64,000 bases of DNA from Desulfobulbaceae bacterium. GTDB taxonomy: Bacteria; Desulfobacterota; Desulfobulbia; Desulfobulbales; Desulfocapsaceae. Position numbers and translations under genes: made by a program. Of the stretch, positions 20,644 through 29,628 are shown one piece after another (position 1 is the stretch's first letter; every line of letters begins with the position of its first letter). The notes under the pieces are model-generated. The model saw only the letters and a list, made by a program, of their open reading frames with translations. It did no database searches and was not told where the DNA came from. The stretch lies in contig JAFLKM010000026.1 in NCBI GenBank assembly GCA_019163335.1, positions 26,347-90,346 of the forward strand, in the 5' to 3' direction.

Positions 20644-21483
20644 TCATAGCCGCACGTACCATGACCGGCCAGAAGAATCTATCACAAACCCCGGGACTCC
20701 GAGATGCAGCGGCTCGTTCTGTTGCTTAACTACTATCGTCCCGCCGCTCGGCAGGTAAAGTTTCCGTATCCAGACATCCCTGTACGCGTCTGTGTGCGTA
20801 ATCGATTGGCCGAACCTATCCTCCTCCCCGTAGTCTCTGGTTTCCGTTCGACCCTCAACATGAATGTCGGCAATAGCTTTTATCCTTCCACCGGAGTACG
20901 CAGGATCGACTTCTTTGCGGTATAAGGCGTCGTAGAATTCTGCGCGGTCTGTGGTTTCTTGCACTTCCACGCGGTATATGGCGTCGTACTCTGGTTTCTC
21001 GAAAAAGTGCCCGACGACCGGGACACCGAAGTGGATAACGTACATGTTCTTCTCACAGATAAACAGGAAGAAGCAGAACGCCAGACAACCCAGTACCAGA
21101 GTCGTTACTTTCCTCTTTCTGTAAAACTCGACGGACGCCGAAAAGACGAGCATACTGAGAAGAAAGGCGACCAAGCCGGAGAACATATAGAAACCGAAGA
21201 CATGCCCGGATGCAAGCGTTCGATGCCCGATCCACAATATCCAGAAGACGCGCCCCCAATCTCCTGATTCGACACATTCGTAGAACAGTGCTCCTCTGTC
21301 CTCTCCCGGTTTACGAACCCGATTCCGAAGAAGAACTCCCTGCCACACCAGGAGACAAATTGGTGCAAGGACGAAGATTATTCGGAGGCTGGAATCAACG
21401 GCCAATATCGCAGAATAGCCGAACAACTTGACGACAATGTACCCACCTATGGTCCAATTCAGGACTTTCGCGCTGTCTCTCAT
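20644..21483 (-). CDS. Hypothetical membrane protein (about 4 TM helices plus a charged, Tyr-rich C-terminal domain); no family recognised
   Basis: 279-aa ORF with an ATG start but no obvious SD. Hydrophobic helices fill the first ~150 aa. The C-terminal part carries an internal echo: YDAIYRVEVQE / YDALYRKEVDP. It lies in a visibly AT-richer patch. Confidence 0.5.
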   Translation of the reverse strand: MRDSAKVLNWTIGGYIVVKLFGYSAILAVDSSLRIIFVLAPICLLVWQGVLLRNRVRKPGEDRGALFYECVESGDWGRVFWILWIGHRTLASGHVFGFYMFSGLVAFLLSMLVFSASVEFYRKRKVTTLVLGCLAFCFFLFICEKNMYVIHFGVPVVGHFFEKPEYDAIYRVEVQETTDRAEFYDALYRKEVDPAYSGGRIKAIADIHVEGRTETRDYGEEDRFGQSITHTDAYRDVWIRKLYLPSGGTIVVKQQNEPLHLGVPGFVIDSSGRSWYVRL

Positions 21484-21721
21484 GATTATTTCAGTTTCAA
21501 CAAGTTATTCTATAGACCTGTATAACACCACGAATTGAGTGTTATGCAGAAAGATAGACAGGGTTAGGGGACAAAGAAAAAGGGAGAAAAAGGGGAAAGA
21601 TATATTTTTCAAGGGCCGAAAAGGCGCTGAGCGCCCTGGGTGAGTGGATCTCAATGGCAGAATAGATGCGATACTCCGCCCGGACTTTCTGCTCCCGCGC
21701 CCCTGTTCCGGGTACTATTAA

Positions 21722-21752
21722 TCTCTCAAAATCATAACATGATTTTGAGAGA
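21722..21752 (-). terminator. Perfect 14-bp hairpin 30 nt downstream of the antitoxin gene
   Basis: tctctcaaaatcat-aac-atgattttgagaga. There is no long U-tract, so the terminator assignment is tentative. Confidence 0.4.
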
Positions 21753-21780
21753 CTTGACCCCTTTCCGTGTTGGCCACTCT

Positions 21781-22083
21781 TCAACTTTGAGTATGAGCCG
21801 GTTCTGCGTGCAAACGTAAGCCAAGAGCCTTAATAACCTTCAGCACCGTGGCAAATTCCGGATTGCCATCGGCACCAAGGGCACGATATAACCCCTCTCG
21901 GGAAATACCGGTGTCTCTGGCCAACTGACTCATGCCACGGGCGCGTGATATATCGTTCAGGGCAGCACGAATAAGACTGCCGTCCCCCGGGTCATCCACC
22001 AGGCAGGCATCAAGATAAAGAGCCATGTCTTCCTCGGTTTTGAGTTCATCAACCGGATCCCATGTGGAAAATTTTTCAGCCAT
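21781..22083 (-). CDS. Addiction-module antidote protein (HigA-family HTH antitoxin)
   Basis: 100 aa. STWDPVDELKTEEDMALYLDACL...ISRARGMSQLARDTGISREGLYRAL...NPEFATVLKVIKALGLRL is the typical sequence of the putative addiction module antidote family. It lies 3 nt downstream of the toxin gene. Confidence 0.85.
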   Translation of the reverse strand: MAEKFSTWDPVDELKTEEDMALYLDACLVDDPGDGSLIRAALNDISRARGMSQLARDTGISREGLYRALGADGNPEFATVLKVIKALGLRLHAEPAHTQS

Positions 22084-22086
22084 GAC

Positions 22087-22380
22087 CTATTCCCTCCATT
22101 CTTTAGAAATACCAATGGCGCGGTTAATGTCTGCATCTTGTGTGCGTTTATCGCCACCGGCCAGCAGGACAATTACCGATACGCCATGCCTGAAGAAATA
22201 CACTCGATAACCTGGGCCGTGATCAATCCGTAGCTCAGAAATACCATCACGAACCGGCTTTACGTCACCAAGGTTGCCTGCTGACAAACGGCGAAGACGA
22301 GCGTTAATCCTCGCTACCGCTTGCCGGTCGCGCAAACTGGAAAGCCATCGCTTAAACGTCTCGCTTTGTATAATTTCCAT
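22087..22380 (-). CDS. Addiction-module killer protein (RelE/ParE-superfamily, HigB-like toxin)
   Basis: From MEIIQSETFKRWL...LRRLSAGNLGDVKPVRDGISELRIDHGPGYRVYFFRHG..IVLLAGGDKRTQ..DI. The toxin-first gene order is typical of HigBA-like pairs. Confidence 0.85.
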   Translation of the reverse strand: MEIIQSETFKRWLSSLRDRQAVARINARLRRLSAGNLGDVKPVRDGISELRIDHGPGYRVYFFRHGVSVIVLLAGGDKRTQDADINRAIGISKEWRE

Positions 22381-22516
22381 CACACCTGAACTGTAACCCA
22401 TGAGTCACACAAGATCAACGCTGAATATCGAGAAATTCAGACAGCTCGGCAAAACACTCCCGTAACAGTATAAAATCCTTGACCAATAACGGTCTTGTTC
22501 TTCAGACACATCCCGA

Positions 22517-24295
22517 CTATTTCTCCAGCTCAACAAATCCCCAATAAGGGTAATCCAGGCCATAGCGGGCCACAAGGCCGGGGGTATGCTCGCGGCTGGC
22601 CACCAGCCAGAGGTTGTTCTGGCGCTGCTGATCTTCGGAGGCCTCCAAGGGGTCCCAGTTTGGCGAAAACACCAGGGCATTATCGGCGCTGTATTCGATA
22701 TCGCCGGAGCCTTTGAACACGCCCATGTGCGGGGTGTCGGTGTAGCCGTCCTTGGTTCCCCGTGACAGCTCCGAGAGGATAAGAAATGAGACCTGCAACT
22801 CATCGCGAATGGCCTCCAGCTGCCGGAGCCAGGCATCGATACCGGTGCGCTGTTCCGAGAACTCCTTGAATGGCAGTTTATGCAGGCTGTCAATCACCAC
22901 CACGGTGTACTCATTGCGGGTTTCATGACGGATAAAGTCGATATGACGGCGCATGATTTCGGCATTGAGTTTCCGGTCATTAATCACCCGCAGATACCCC
23001 AGCATCTCCTGAAAATCCTGGCAAGCATTGACAAACGAAGGGCCACCCGCACCGGTTGCGCCCGCGTCTTTCACCTCCGGGACGGAAAGGCGACTTAAGC
23101 GGCTCAGGGTGCGCTGGTAGAGTTTCTGCCGGCCATTCTCAAAATCATAATAGAGCACCGGCACCTTGTGCCGCGCCATCTCGGTGGCTATCTGAATGGC
23201 AAAACAGGATTTTCCGGCCTTGGGAGCGCCCCCGATAATATTGATGCCATGCAGACCGTCCAGGGCCTGATCTAAGCGGGGGAATCCCGTCTTCAAGGCC
23301 TCATAGGCGGAACCGGCTTCCTGAGATAATTGCTCACGAAAACGGTCATACTCCCGCTGGGGAGTGGCAAAGGGGGAAAAGGCGCTGGACGCCTGGATCA
23401 TGGTCAAGACTGCGGCCTTGAACTCCTTTCCCTTGTCACAGGCGAGTTGAAAGAGATCATAATTTTTGGGCAGCCCGGCAGGCCACCGGAACAGACGGGC
23501 CTTGTAACCAATTTTGGCGGCGATGGCGCGCGCTGCGGCCTCTGCCTCGGGATTATTTTCGGTGACGATAAAGACGGTGTGAACAAAGGTAAAACGTTCA
23601 GGGGCAAGTGTTTCCAGACTGTGGCAATCGGGCACCGCAACCCCGGGAAAACCGAGCTGTTTCAGGGCCAGCAGGTTGTCCTCGCCCTGACAGAGAAACA
23701 GCGCCCCGTTTTCACAGCGCTGGATCTCTTCACCATTGAAGAGCTGGTGCTGAGTGCCAAAGAACTGCTCATCGCCATGCCAGAAAAAATCCTCCCGACG
23801 CTCAGGAAAGACGCAACGGGCGGCATAGCAATTGCCGTCTTCCTGCACATAAGGGTAAACCAGATAGCGGCCATTATAGCCGATCTTGAGTTCGGCCAGG
23901 ACCGCCGGCCCAATCCCCGCCTGCTGAAACTTCGCCAGGATCTCGTCACTGAGCCGGTCCTGATACATCTTGATTTCATTATTGATGTTGCTGACCGGAT
24001 ACTCGCTCTGCGTCCGGATAAACTCACGATCGGGATCATAGCCCGGCGCGTTGTCCGGACTGATGCCCATGAGTCTGGCAAACCAGAGAGGAAAACCGCC
24101 TGGTACGCAGTGATTCAGGCAGCGAAAGTATCCGTAAAAAAAACCGGAGGTATTCAGAGACACCACCAGACGACCGGCAAACTCCCGGCCCTGCTTCCGG
24201 CAGAAAGGACAGTCCGCAGTCAGGTGCGTTTTCTCCTCCTGCACGTTGTGGAGAAATCTGCGATAAAACGAGGCTACTGCCTCCCCATGTTCCAT
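22517..24295 (-). CDS. Zn-finger / TOPRIM-like / DnaB-like (RecA-fold) ATPase, with T7-gp4-like primase-helicase architecture
   Basis: I prefer the start at ATG 24295, which has AGGAGG 8 nt upstream; the track's TTG start at 24397 has no RBS. Zn-ribbon: CPFC...CLNHC. TOPRIM-like: LFLCQGEDNLLALKQLGF...VFIVTENNPEAEAAA. DnaB C-terminal-like: GFPRLDQALDGL, Walker A GGAPKAGKS, Walker B VVVIDSLHKL, SELSRG, KGSGDIEYSADN. Confidence 0.75.
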   Translation of the reverse strand: MEHGEAVASFYRRFLHNVQEEKTHLTADCPFCRKQGREFAGRLVVSLNTSGFFYGYFRCLNHCVPGGFPLWFARLMGISPDNAPGYDPDREFIRTQSEYPVSNINNEIKMYQDRLSDEILAKFQQAGIGPAVLAELKIGYNGRYLVYPYVQEDGNCYAARCVFPERREDFFWHGDEQFFGTQHQLFNGEEIQRCENGALFLCQGEDNLLALKQLGFPGVAVPDCHSLETLAPERFTFVHTVFIVTENNPEAEAAARAIAAKIGYKARLFRWPAGLPKNYDLFQLACDKGKEFKAAVLTMIQASSAFSPFATPQREYDRFREQLSQEAGSAYEALKTGFPRLDQALDGLHGINIIGGAPKAGKSCFAIQIATEMARHKVPVLYYDFENGRQKLYQRTLSRLSRLSVPEVKDAGATGAGGPSFVNACQDFQEMLGYLRVINDRKLNAEIMRRHIDFIRHETRNEYTVVVIDSLHKLPFKEFSEQRTGIDAWLRQLEAIRDELQVSFLILSELSRGTKDGYTDTPHMGVFKGSGDIEYSADNALVFSPNWDPLEASEDQQRQNNLWLVASREHTPGLVARYGLDYPYWGFVELEK

Positions 24296-24450
24296 GCGAA
24301 AAGCCTCCTGTGATGATGGAAGAGATAAGAAAGGGACAGAGAAAGAGCCGGAAAAGATCGGCTGTTCTGTGACGCGGCATAACAGGCCGTTATCCAACAG
24401 GAAAGAAGAAAACTTTGCCTGATGTATAACGACTTCTAAAGGGACTACTC

Positions 24451-27400
24451 TCAGGAAACCATTACTGCCAGTTCAGCTTCCAGCATGGGTTGATCAAATT
24501 GGACATGGACGGAACAGGGGACTGCGACTGCCGCCCCTTCCTTCAAGGTGCTTTGCACATAAATTGCCATCACAACCCCTTTCAGGCCGGTGGTCAAGGG
24601 ACATTCAGGCAGCCCGTCCGGCAGGCTGACATGCACCTGCCTCCCTAAAAACTGACGGACATTTTTGATCCGGATCATAAAAGATATCCCTCCGATCGAG
24701 ACATCAACCGCCTGTCCCTGCAGGCCTGTCCCGGTTCCATTGCCGTCGTCATCAAGCAAGGCCATAAGCAGCGGAGCGGAAACGGGATATCGTGTTTGCA
24801 TGCGGCGATTGATTGCCGTGACCTTCAGCGAATCATGCTCACCCAACTGCTGACAGAATGATTCCAGTTTTGCCTCAAGCTCCGGGCAGGAACTTTTGCA
24901 TCTGCGCAGGGCCTCCCGATGCAGGACAAAAGCGTCCACCGTCCCGACACTGGCGGCATTCACCGTCCAGGCTGAAGCCTTAAAAAAAGAATCTGCCCCC
25001 AGGATTTCTCCGGTCCCCACGGTCTTCAGCAGGATTTCATTGCCCCGACGATCCTGATAAAAGAGCTTGGCCCGTCCTTTATTGATAAAAAAGAGCAACT
25101 GCTGATGATCTCCATGCACCACGATATCTTCATCCGGGGTGTAGGTCACATGCTCCATGACCGAATAGAGGCAATTAAACTCTTCGGTGCTGAGGAAGTC
25201 ATAGACATCCGTCCACCTCATCCCCTGTTCCTGTTCAACACTGAGGGTTTTCTGCTCTTCAACTATCTCGGTGGCATGAACAATATCTTCCAGGGCCAGG
25301 GCATCAATTTCAACCAACCGATGGCAAAGCGCCTCCGCCTTATCAAACTGGTGCAGATAACTCATGGTGGAGATCAGATCAAGGAGCAGTGATTTCGCCG
25401 CCGTCAGCCGGTTTTGACCAAGGAGTACGTACACTTCCAACTCCTCGGCGAGATTGGTCACCGGCGTGTAGTCTTTTCCTACTGCTTCCGACACAGACTG
25501 ACCGGACTTGCCGGCGACCAGTGAATGCTGCTCAACATTTTTGCGCTTTCGTTCCCGGAGGGTGTGTGCCTCGATCACCTCCACCCCCCGACGTGCGGCC
25601 CGCCAGACCTGTTCGGCCATATTTTTGGGGCGTGCGTCCTCTTTCCCGAGAAAGGCCTGCAAGGCTTTCTGCGCTTGCAAGGACCCGCTTCTTCCCAAGG
25701 TATGACAGATACTGACCAGAAGGGTTGTTTTGATATCTGCTGAAAAATATCGCTCATCCTTTAACAACTCAACCAACGCCCCGACAACCTCTTCGTCCAC
25801 CACCGAGGCCAACGCCCGCACCACCTGAAATTTCAATTTTTCGCTGATCTGGGGCAGGGCCTCAAGGAGTTCCTGCTTCCTCTTCTTTTCGCTGAGCCGC
25901 TGAATGCAGGAGAGGGCCTCACTCTGCACGCGCAAATCTTCATGGGAAAGATAGCTATGGATAGCCCTGATATCCTTTTCATCTCCAGTCCCACTGAGCA
26001 GCCTGAGCAAGTTACGTTTTCCATACCAGGGCATGGGGCTCTGCAAACGCTCAAGCAAGAGAGGGGTCAGGCTCGGGCCCACACTATTCAGAATTTTTAA
26101 GAGCTTAATCCGCTCTGACCTCTTGGTATTGGCCAGCAATGCGTCCAGCAAAAACTGAATCCCCAGAGGGCCGGACATGATAATCTTCTGGCAATGCATC
26201 TCCTCGAGCGGTTTCACAAAACACTGCTCCAGATAAGCCTGAAGAACCTCTCGATCCACGGCTTTATCCTGAATCAGACCCACCTGTTTCCTGACCTCCG
26301 GCGATTTCTTCAGTGCCCCTGAACGAATCGCGTAAAAGAAGGGAAGGATCTTCTCAACCAGCTCCTCTTTTCCTGTTTTTTGCGCATAATTCAGGACTGC
26401 CTGCAAAACCGCAACCGCTCGAATCCAGGAATCGTCGACGTCCTCTGCATTTCTTACCCAGTGAAGAAATGTAGGGGTTAATTTCTCCAGCCAGCTCCAA
26501 CAGGCCAGGGCGACAAGTTTTTCACCAATCAGCCCAAGCCCTTGACCACATCGAGCACGCAGCTCCGCATCATTCAGCTTGAGCCCTCCCACCAGGGTCT
26601 GAATAATGGCCGCCGCAACATTCTCTTTTTTATTCTCCATGAGCCGCTCAAAAGCCCCGGAGAGATAAAGCAGAATCTCCTTATTCCGCAGTCCCTCCAG
26701 ACTGCCTTGGGCCAGCGCGGATAATCCTGCCTGCAGCCGTTTACTCTGCCGCTGCATTTCTGTCATGCCCATAATTTCACAGGCGTGCAGCTGGCGTCCC
26801 TTCACCGTCTTCATCAAATTGCGGCTGCAATCCTCCAGCAATGACCGGGTCTCCACCGCTTTTTGCCCCGGCGACAGGACAAACTTTTCGCTCTCCTGCC
26901 TTAAGAAGTCAATCAGGGCTCGAAAACGTTCCTTATCAAGTGCGGCGACCAGACTGGAGAAAAATGTTGCTGCCATGGGAGAGGAGTACTGTTGACAAAA
27001 AAGCAGGGACAATGATTCACGATCCAGCTGTTCAACCAACCAGGCAGCTGCACCGTCTGCCATTTTCTGTCGTTCTTCCTCTGTCAGTGCCAGACTGACG
27101 CTTTCCAGCAAGTGATTAAACGCAGGGGAGATTTCATAGAGTCTTTCCTGTTGCAGAGGCTGAAGCGCTGAACATATCGCAGCCGAAAAAAGGGCCACGC
27201 CCTTTGCCTGATTTTTCAGGGTTTTCCGGGCGGCCTCGTTCTGTGTCTCGCCTGATCCGGTGTGAAGGAGCGACAATATCTCCTCCTGCCCCACGCCATC
27301 CGCTATTATTTGCTGCACACAACTGGCGAAAGTTTTGAGACAGGGTGCTGCCAGGACTTTACAAACTTCCCCGGAAGTACAAAAAATATCCTCCAGATCA

Positions 27401-27801
27401 GCCTGTTGAACAAGGGCCTTACTCCCCCCTGCCTTTTGAATCTGCTCAGGAGTCGCGACAAAGAAAGACAGGAGCTTCTTCAATCGTTTCCGGTCTATCC
27501 TCTGATTCAGGCTCAAGCCCTCAAATCCTGACTTGGCAAGGGTATCCACCAGGGTCAGAGCATCCAGCTGCTCACGTCCTTTTCTATCAAAAGCAATACC
27601 ATCGAGCGTCGGCACCCCATCACGCAGACCAAAGCAGAAGGTCTTGTAGAGGCGCAGAAACAGCTTCAACTCCGCGTAGGCCTTCTCCGCTGCATTGAGG
27701 GCCTGCGCACTCTGCTCGGAATAAAGGCGAAGATTGGTAATCGCCTTGTTAATGTACTTTAACACCTCTAAAGCATGCTGCTGCCGATCAACATTTGCCA
27801 T
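24451..27801 (-). CDS. Large HEAT/armadillo-like repeat protein with C-terminal cyclic-nucleotide-binding-like and PilZ domains
   Basis: 1116 aa. The first ~850 aa are helical repeats, for example PWYGKRNLLRLLSGTGDEKDIRAIHSYLSHEDLRVQSEALSCIQRL. A cNMP-binding-like beta-roll is at about aa 865-975 (nt 24877-25209; GTGEILGADSFF). PilZ is at about aa 995-1112 (nt 24466-24819) with RRMQTR (RxxxR) and DVSIGGISF (DxSxxG). Confidence 0.8.
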   Translation of the reverse strand: MANVDRQQHALEVLKYINKAITNLRLYSEQSAQALNAAEKAYAELKLFLRLYKTFCFGLRDGVPTLDGIAFDRKGREQLDALTLVDTLAKSGFEGLSLNQRIDRKRLKKLLSFFVATPEQIQKAGGSKALVQQADLEDIFCTSGEVCKVLAAPCLKTFASCVQQIIADGVGQEEILSLLHTGSGETQNEAARKTLKNQAKGVALFSAAICSALQPLQQERLYEISPAFNHLLESVSLALTEEERQKMADGAAAWLVEQLDRESLSLLFCQQYSSPMAATFFSSLVAALDKERFRALIDFLRQESEKFVLSPGQKAVETRSLLEDCSRNLMKTVKGRQLHACEIMGMTEMQRQSKRLQAGLSALAQGSLEGLRNKEILLYLSGAFERLMENKKENVAAAIIQTLVGGLKLNDAELRARCGQGLGLIGEKLVALACWSWLEKLTPTFLHWVRNAEDVDDSWIRAVAVLQAVLNYAQKTGKEELVEKILPFFYAIRSGALKKSPEVRKQVGLIQDKAVDREVLQAYLEQCFVKPLEEMHCQKIIMSGPLGIQFLLDALLANTKRSERIKLLKILNSVGPSLTPLLLERLQSPMPWYGKRNLLRLLSGTGDEKDIRAIHSYLSHEDLRVQSEALSCIQRLSEKKRKQELLEALPQISEKLKFQVVRALASVVDEEVVGALVELLKDERYFSADIKTTLLVSICHTLGRSGSLQAQKALQAFLGKEDARPKNMAEQVWRAARRGVEVIEAHTLRERKRKNVEQHSLVAGKSGQSVSEAVGKDYTPVTNLAEELEVYVLLGQNRLTAAKSLLLDLISTMSYLHQFDKAEALCHRLVEIDALALEDIVHATEIVEEQKTLSVEQEQGMRWTDVYDFLSTEEFNCLYSVMEHVTYTPDEDIVVHGDHQQLLFFINKGRAKLFYQDRRGNEILLKTVGTGEILGADSFFKASAWTVNAASVGTVDAFVLHREALRRCKSSCPELEAKLESFCQQLGEHDSLKVTAINRRMQTRYPVSAPLLMALLDDDGNGTGTGLQGQAVDVSIGGISFMIRIKNVRQFLGRQVHVSLPDGLPECPLTTGLKGVVMAIYVQSTLKEGAAVAVPCSVHVQFDQPMLEAELAVMVS

Positions 27802-28010
27802 AAAAAAACCCTGTTAAATATACCTATCAAGGACCTGCCTTACATTCTTATTCTATAGAAGCATTCAAATTGACACAAAAAAACAAACAACCCACTATGG
27901 AAGGGGTCCGGCTTAAATGCACATTGATGCGAACTCCTCCAAGCCATTCTCTCCAATGCCCTACACAATCAAACCACAAAACAATAAAAAACGAAATGCT
28001 GGACAATGGA

Positions 28011-28616
28011 TTAATGCGTTAAAACCTCAATAACCCGGTGCTTTTCCAACATGGTGAGAAGTTCACACAAGGGCAACCCGACAACATTTGAATAGGACCC
28101 CCTGATCTCTTTGACCAGAAACGCCCCCTTTCCTTGAATCCCATAGGCACCGGCCTTATCCAGAGGCTCACCGGTGGCCGCATAGGCCTCAGCTGTTTTC
28201 TTAGAAAACCGACTGAACACAACCTGGGTGATCACGGACTGTACCGCAATAACATTTTCCTGATGACAGCCAAGGCAGATCCCGGTCTGGACGCAATGTT
28301 CTTCGCCGGAAAGCTGCATCAGCATCGAGACTGCGTCCTTTCTATCTTTGGGTTTCCCAAGCACACTCCCGGCGAAATAGACCACCGTATCTGCTGCCAC
28401 CACCCAACTCTCAGGATTCAATTCCATCACCACCCGAGCCTTTTCTTCAGCCATCCGCTGAACAAAAGCCTGCGGATTTTCCTTGGGCAATGGCGTTTCA
28501 TCAATATCCGCCGCATGCACCCGAACGGTAAGACCAAGATCGTCAAAATAACGCTGCCTCCGAGGGGAAGCAGAGGCAAGGATCAGAGGCTTGCAGACCT
28601 TATATATTGTTGGCAT
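28011..28616 (-). CDS. maf: Maf-like nucleoside triphosphate pyrophosphatase
   Basis: 201 aa with LILASASPRR, DKAGAYGIQG and VVGLPL motifs. Confidence 0.92.
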   Translation of the reverse strand: MPTIYKVCKPLILASASPRRQRYFDDLGLTVRVHAADIDETPLPKENPQAFVQRMAEEKARVVMELNPESWVVAADTVVYFAGSVLGKPKDRKDAVSMLMQLSGEEHCVQTGICLGCHQENVIAVQSVITQVVFSRFSKKTAEAYAATGEPLDKAGAYGIQGKGAFLVKEIRGSYSNVVGLPLCELLTMLEKHRVIEVLTH

Positions 28617-28636
28617 TTCAAGAATTCATCGACTAG

Positions 28637-29389
28637 CTATCCCCGGATTGCATACCCGCCATCGACCGTAATCACCTGCCCCTGAATCATTTTTGACAGC
28701 TGGGAACACAAAAATAAAGCGGTATCAGCGACATCGTCAGGGGTGGTCAATCGCCCCAGGGGAGTCCGCCGCAGGGCCGTCTCCAGGATCTCATCCCGGT
28801 TGGGAAATTTTTTCAGGGCATCCGTGTCCACTGCCCCGGCACTAATGGTGTTAACATTGATTCCCGCCGGTCCCAGTTCCACCGCCAGATGCCGCACAAG
28901 AGACTCAAGGGCGGCCTTAGAGGCACCCACTGTGGTATAATTTTCAATGGCCCGGGTGGCCCCCAGACTGGACACTGCCAAGACCCGGCTGCCCCGGCTC
29001 ATCAGGGGAAATCCCTTCTGCACCAAGGTCAGCAAGGCGCGGGCATTGATATCCATGGCCCAATCCCAGTGCCGCTCGGTCAACTCCATCACCGGCTTCA
29101 AAACCCCGGAAGCCGCATTCGAAACAAGGATATCAAGGGTACCGAATTCGCGGGCTATGACCGCAAACATCTCAGTGACATCGGCCTCCTCGGCTACATT
29201 GGCTTTGACAAGGAAACATCGTCCGCCATGCTTTTCAATTTCCTCGGCCGTTGCTTCGGCATCACGCTTATGCCGGACATAATTCACCACCAGATGAACC
29301 CCATTTTCGGCCAGGCGAATAGCTATTGCCCGACCGATCCCTCGTGAGCCGCCTGTAACTAAAGCAACTTTTCCTTTTAAATCAAACAT
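28637..29389 (-). CDS. fabL: Enoyl-[acyl-carrier-protein] reductase, FabL-type SDR
   Basis: 250 aa with the cofactor motif VTGGSRGIGRAIA. The catalytic region SSLGATRAIENYTTVGASKAALESLVRHLAVEL...DTDALKKFPNR resembles B. subtilis FabL closely. Confidence 0.8.
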   Translation of the reverse strand: MFDLKGKVALVTGGSRGIGRAIAIRLAENGVHLVVNYVRHKRDAEATAEEIEKHGGRCFLVKANVAEEADVTEMFAVIAREFGTLDILVSNAASGVLKPVMELTERHWDWAMDINARALLTLVQKGFPLMSRGSRVLAVSSLGATRAIENYTTVGASKAALESLVRHLAVELGPAGINVNTISAGAVDTDALKKFPNRDEILETALRRTPLGRLTTPDDVADTALFLCSQLSKMIQGQVITVDGGYAIRG

Positions 29390-29628
29390 AATACCATCCT
29401 ATTATACGATACACTGGACCATCCGCTTAATGCGTTTGCCGATCAAAAAATACACGAGGAAGCTCGTGCGGTACATGAAACGGAAAACAAGACAAGAAGA
29501 CTGGAATGGTCACAGGTCTCTATGACACCCCTTTCTCCCCATGCGCAATCTAATTGCAGCCTTCATTGCTCATGGGGAGAACTCAACATTTCATCCCGGT
29601 TTTCAGGTTCCACTACTTAAAACGATTC

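Noticed and set aside
21600-21720. A GAAAGTCCGGGC string (minus strand, at 21678-21689) reminiscent of the RNase P RNA P4 region.
   Set aside because: The available non-coding space (about 300 nt) is too short. None of the other universally conserved RNase P RNA blocks (for example ACAGAACCCGGCTTA) are present. I treat it as a chance match.
22405-22893. 162-aa minus-strand ORF that overlaps the 3' end of the primase-helicase-like gene and reaches toward the toxin gene.
   Set aside because: It is out of frame with and overlaps a motif-supported CDS. The translation is Ser/Pro/Arg/Trp-rich with no recognisable features, so it is likely a frame shadow.
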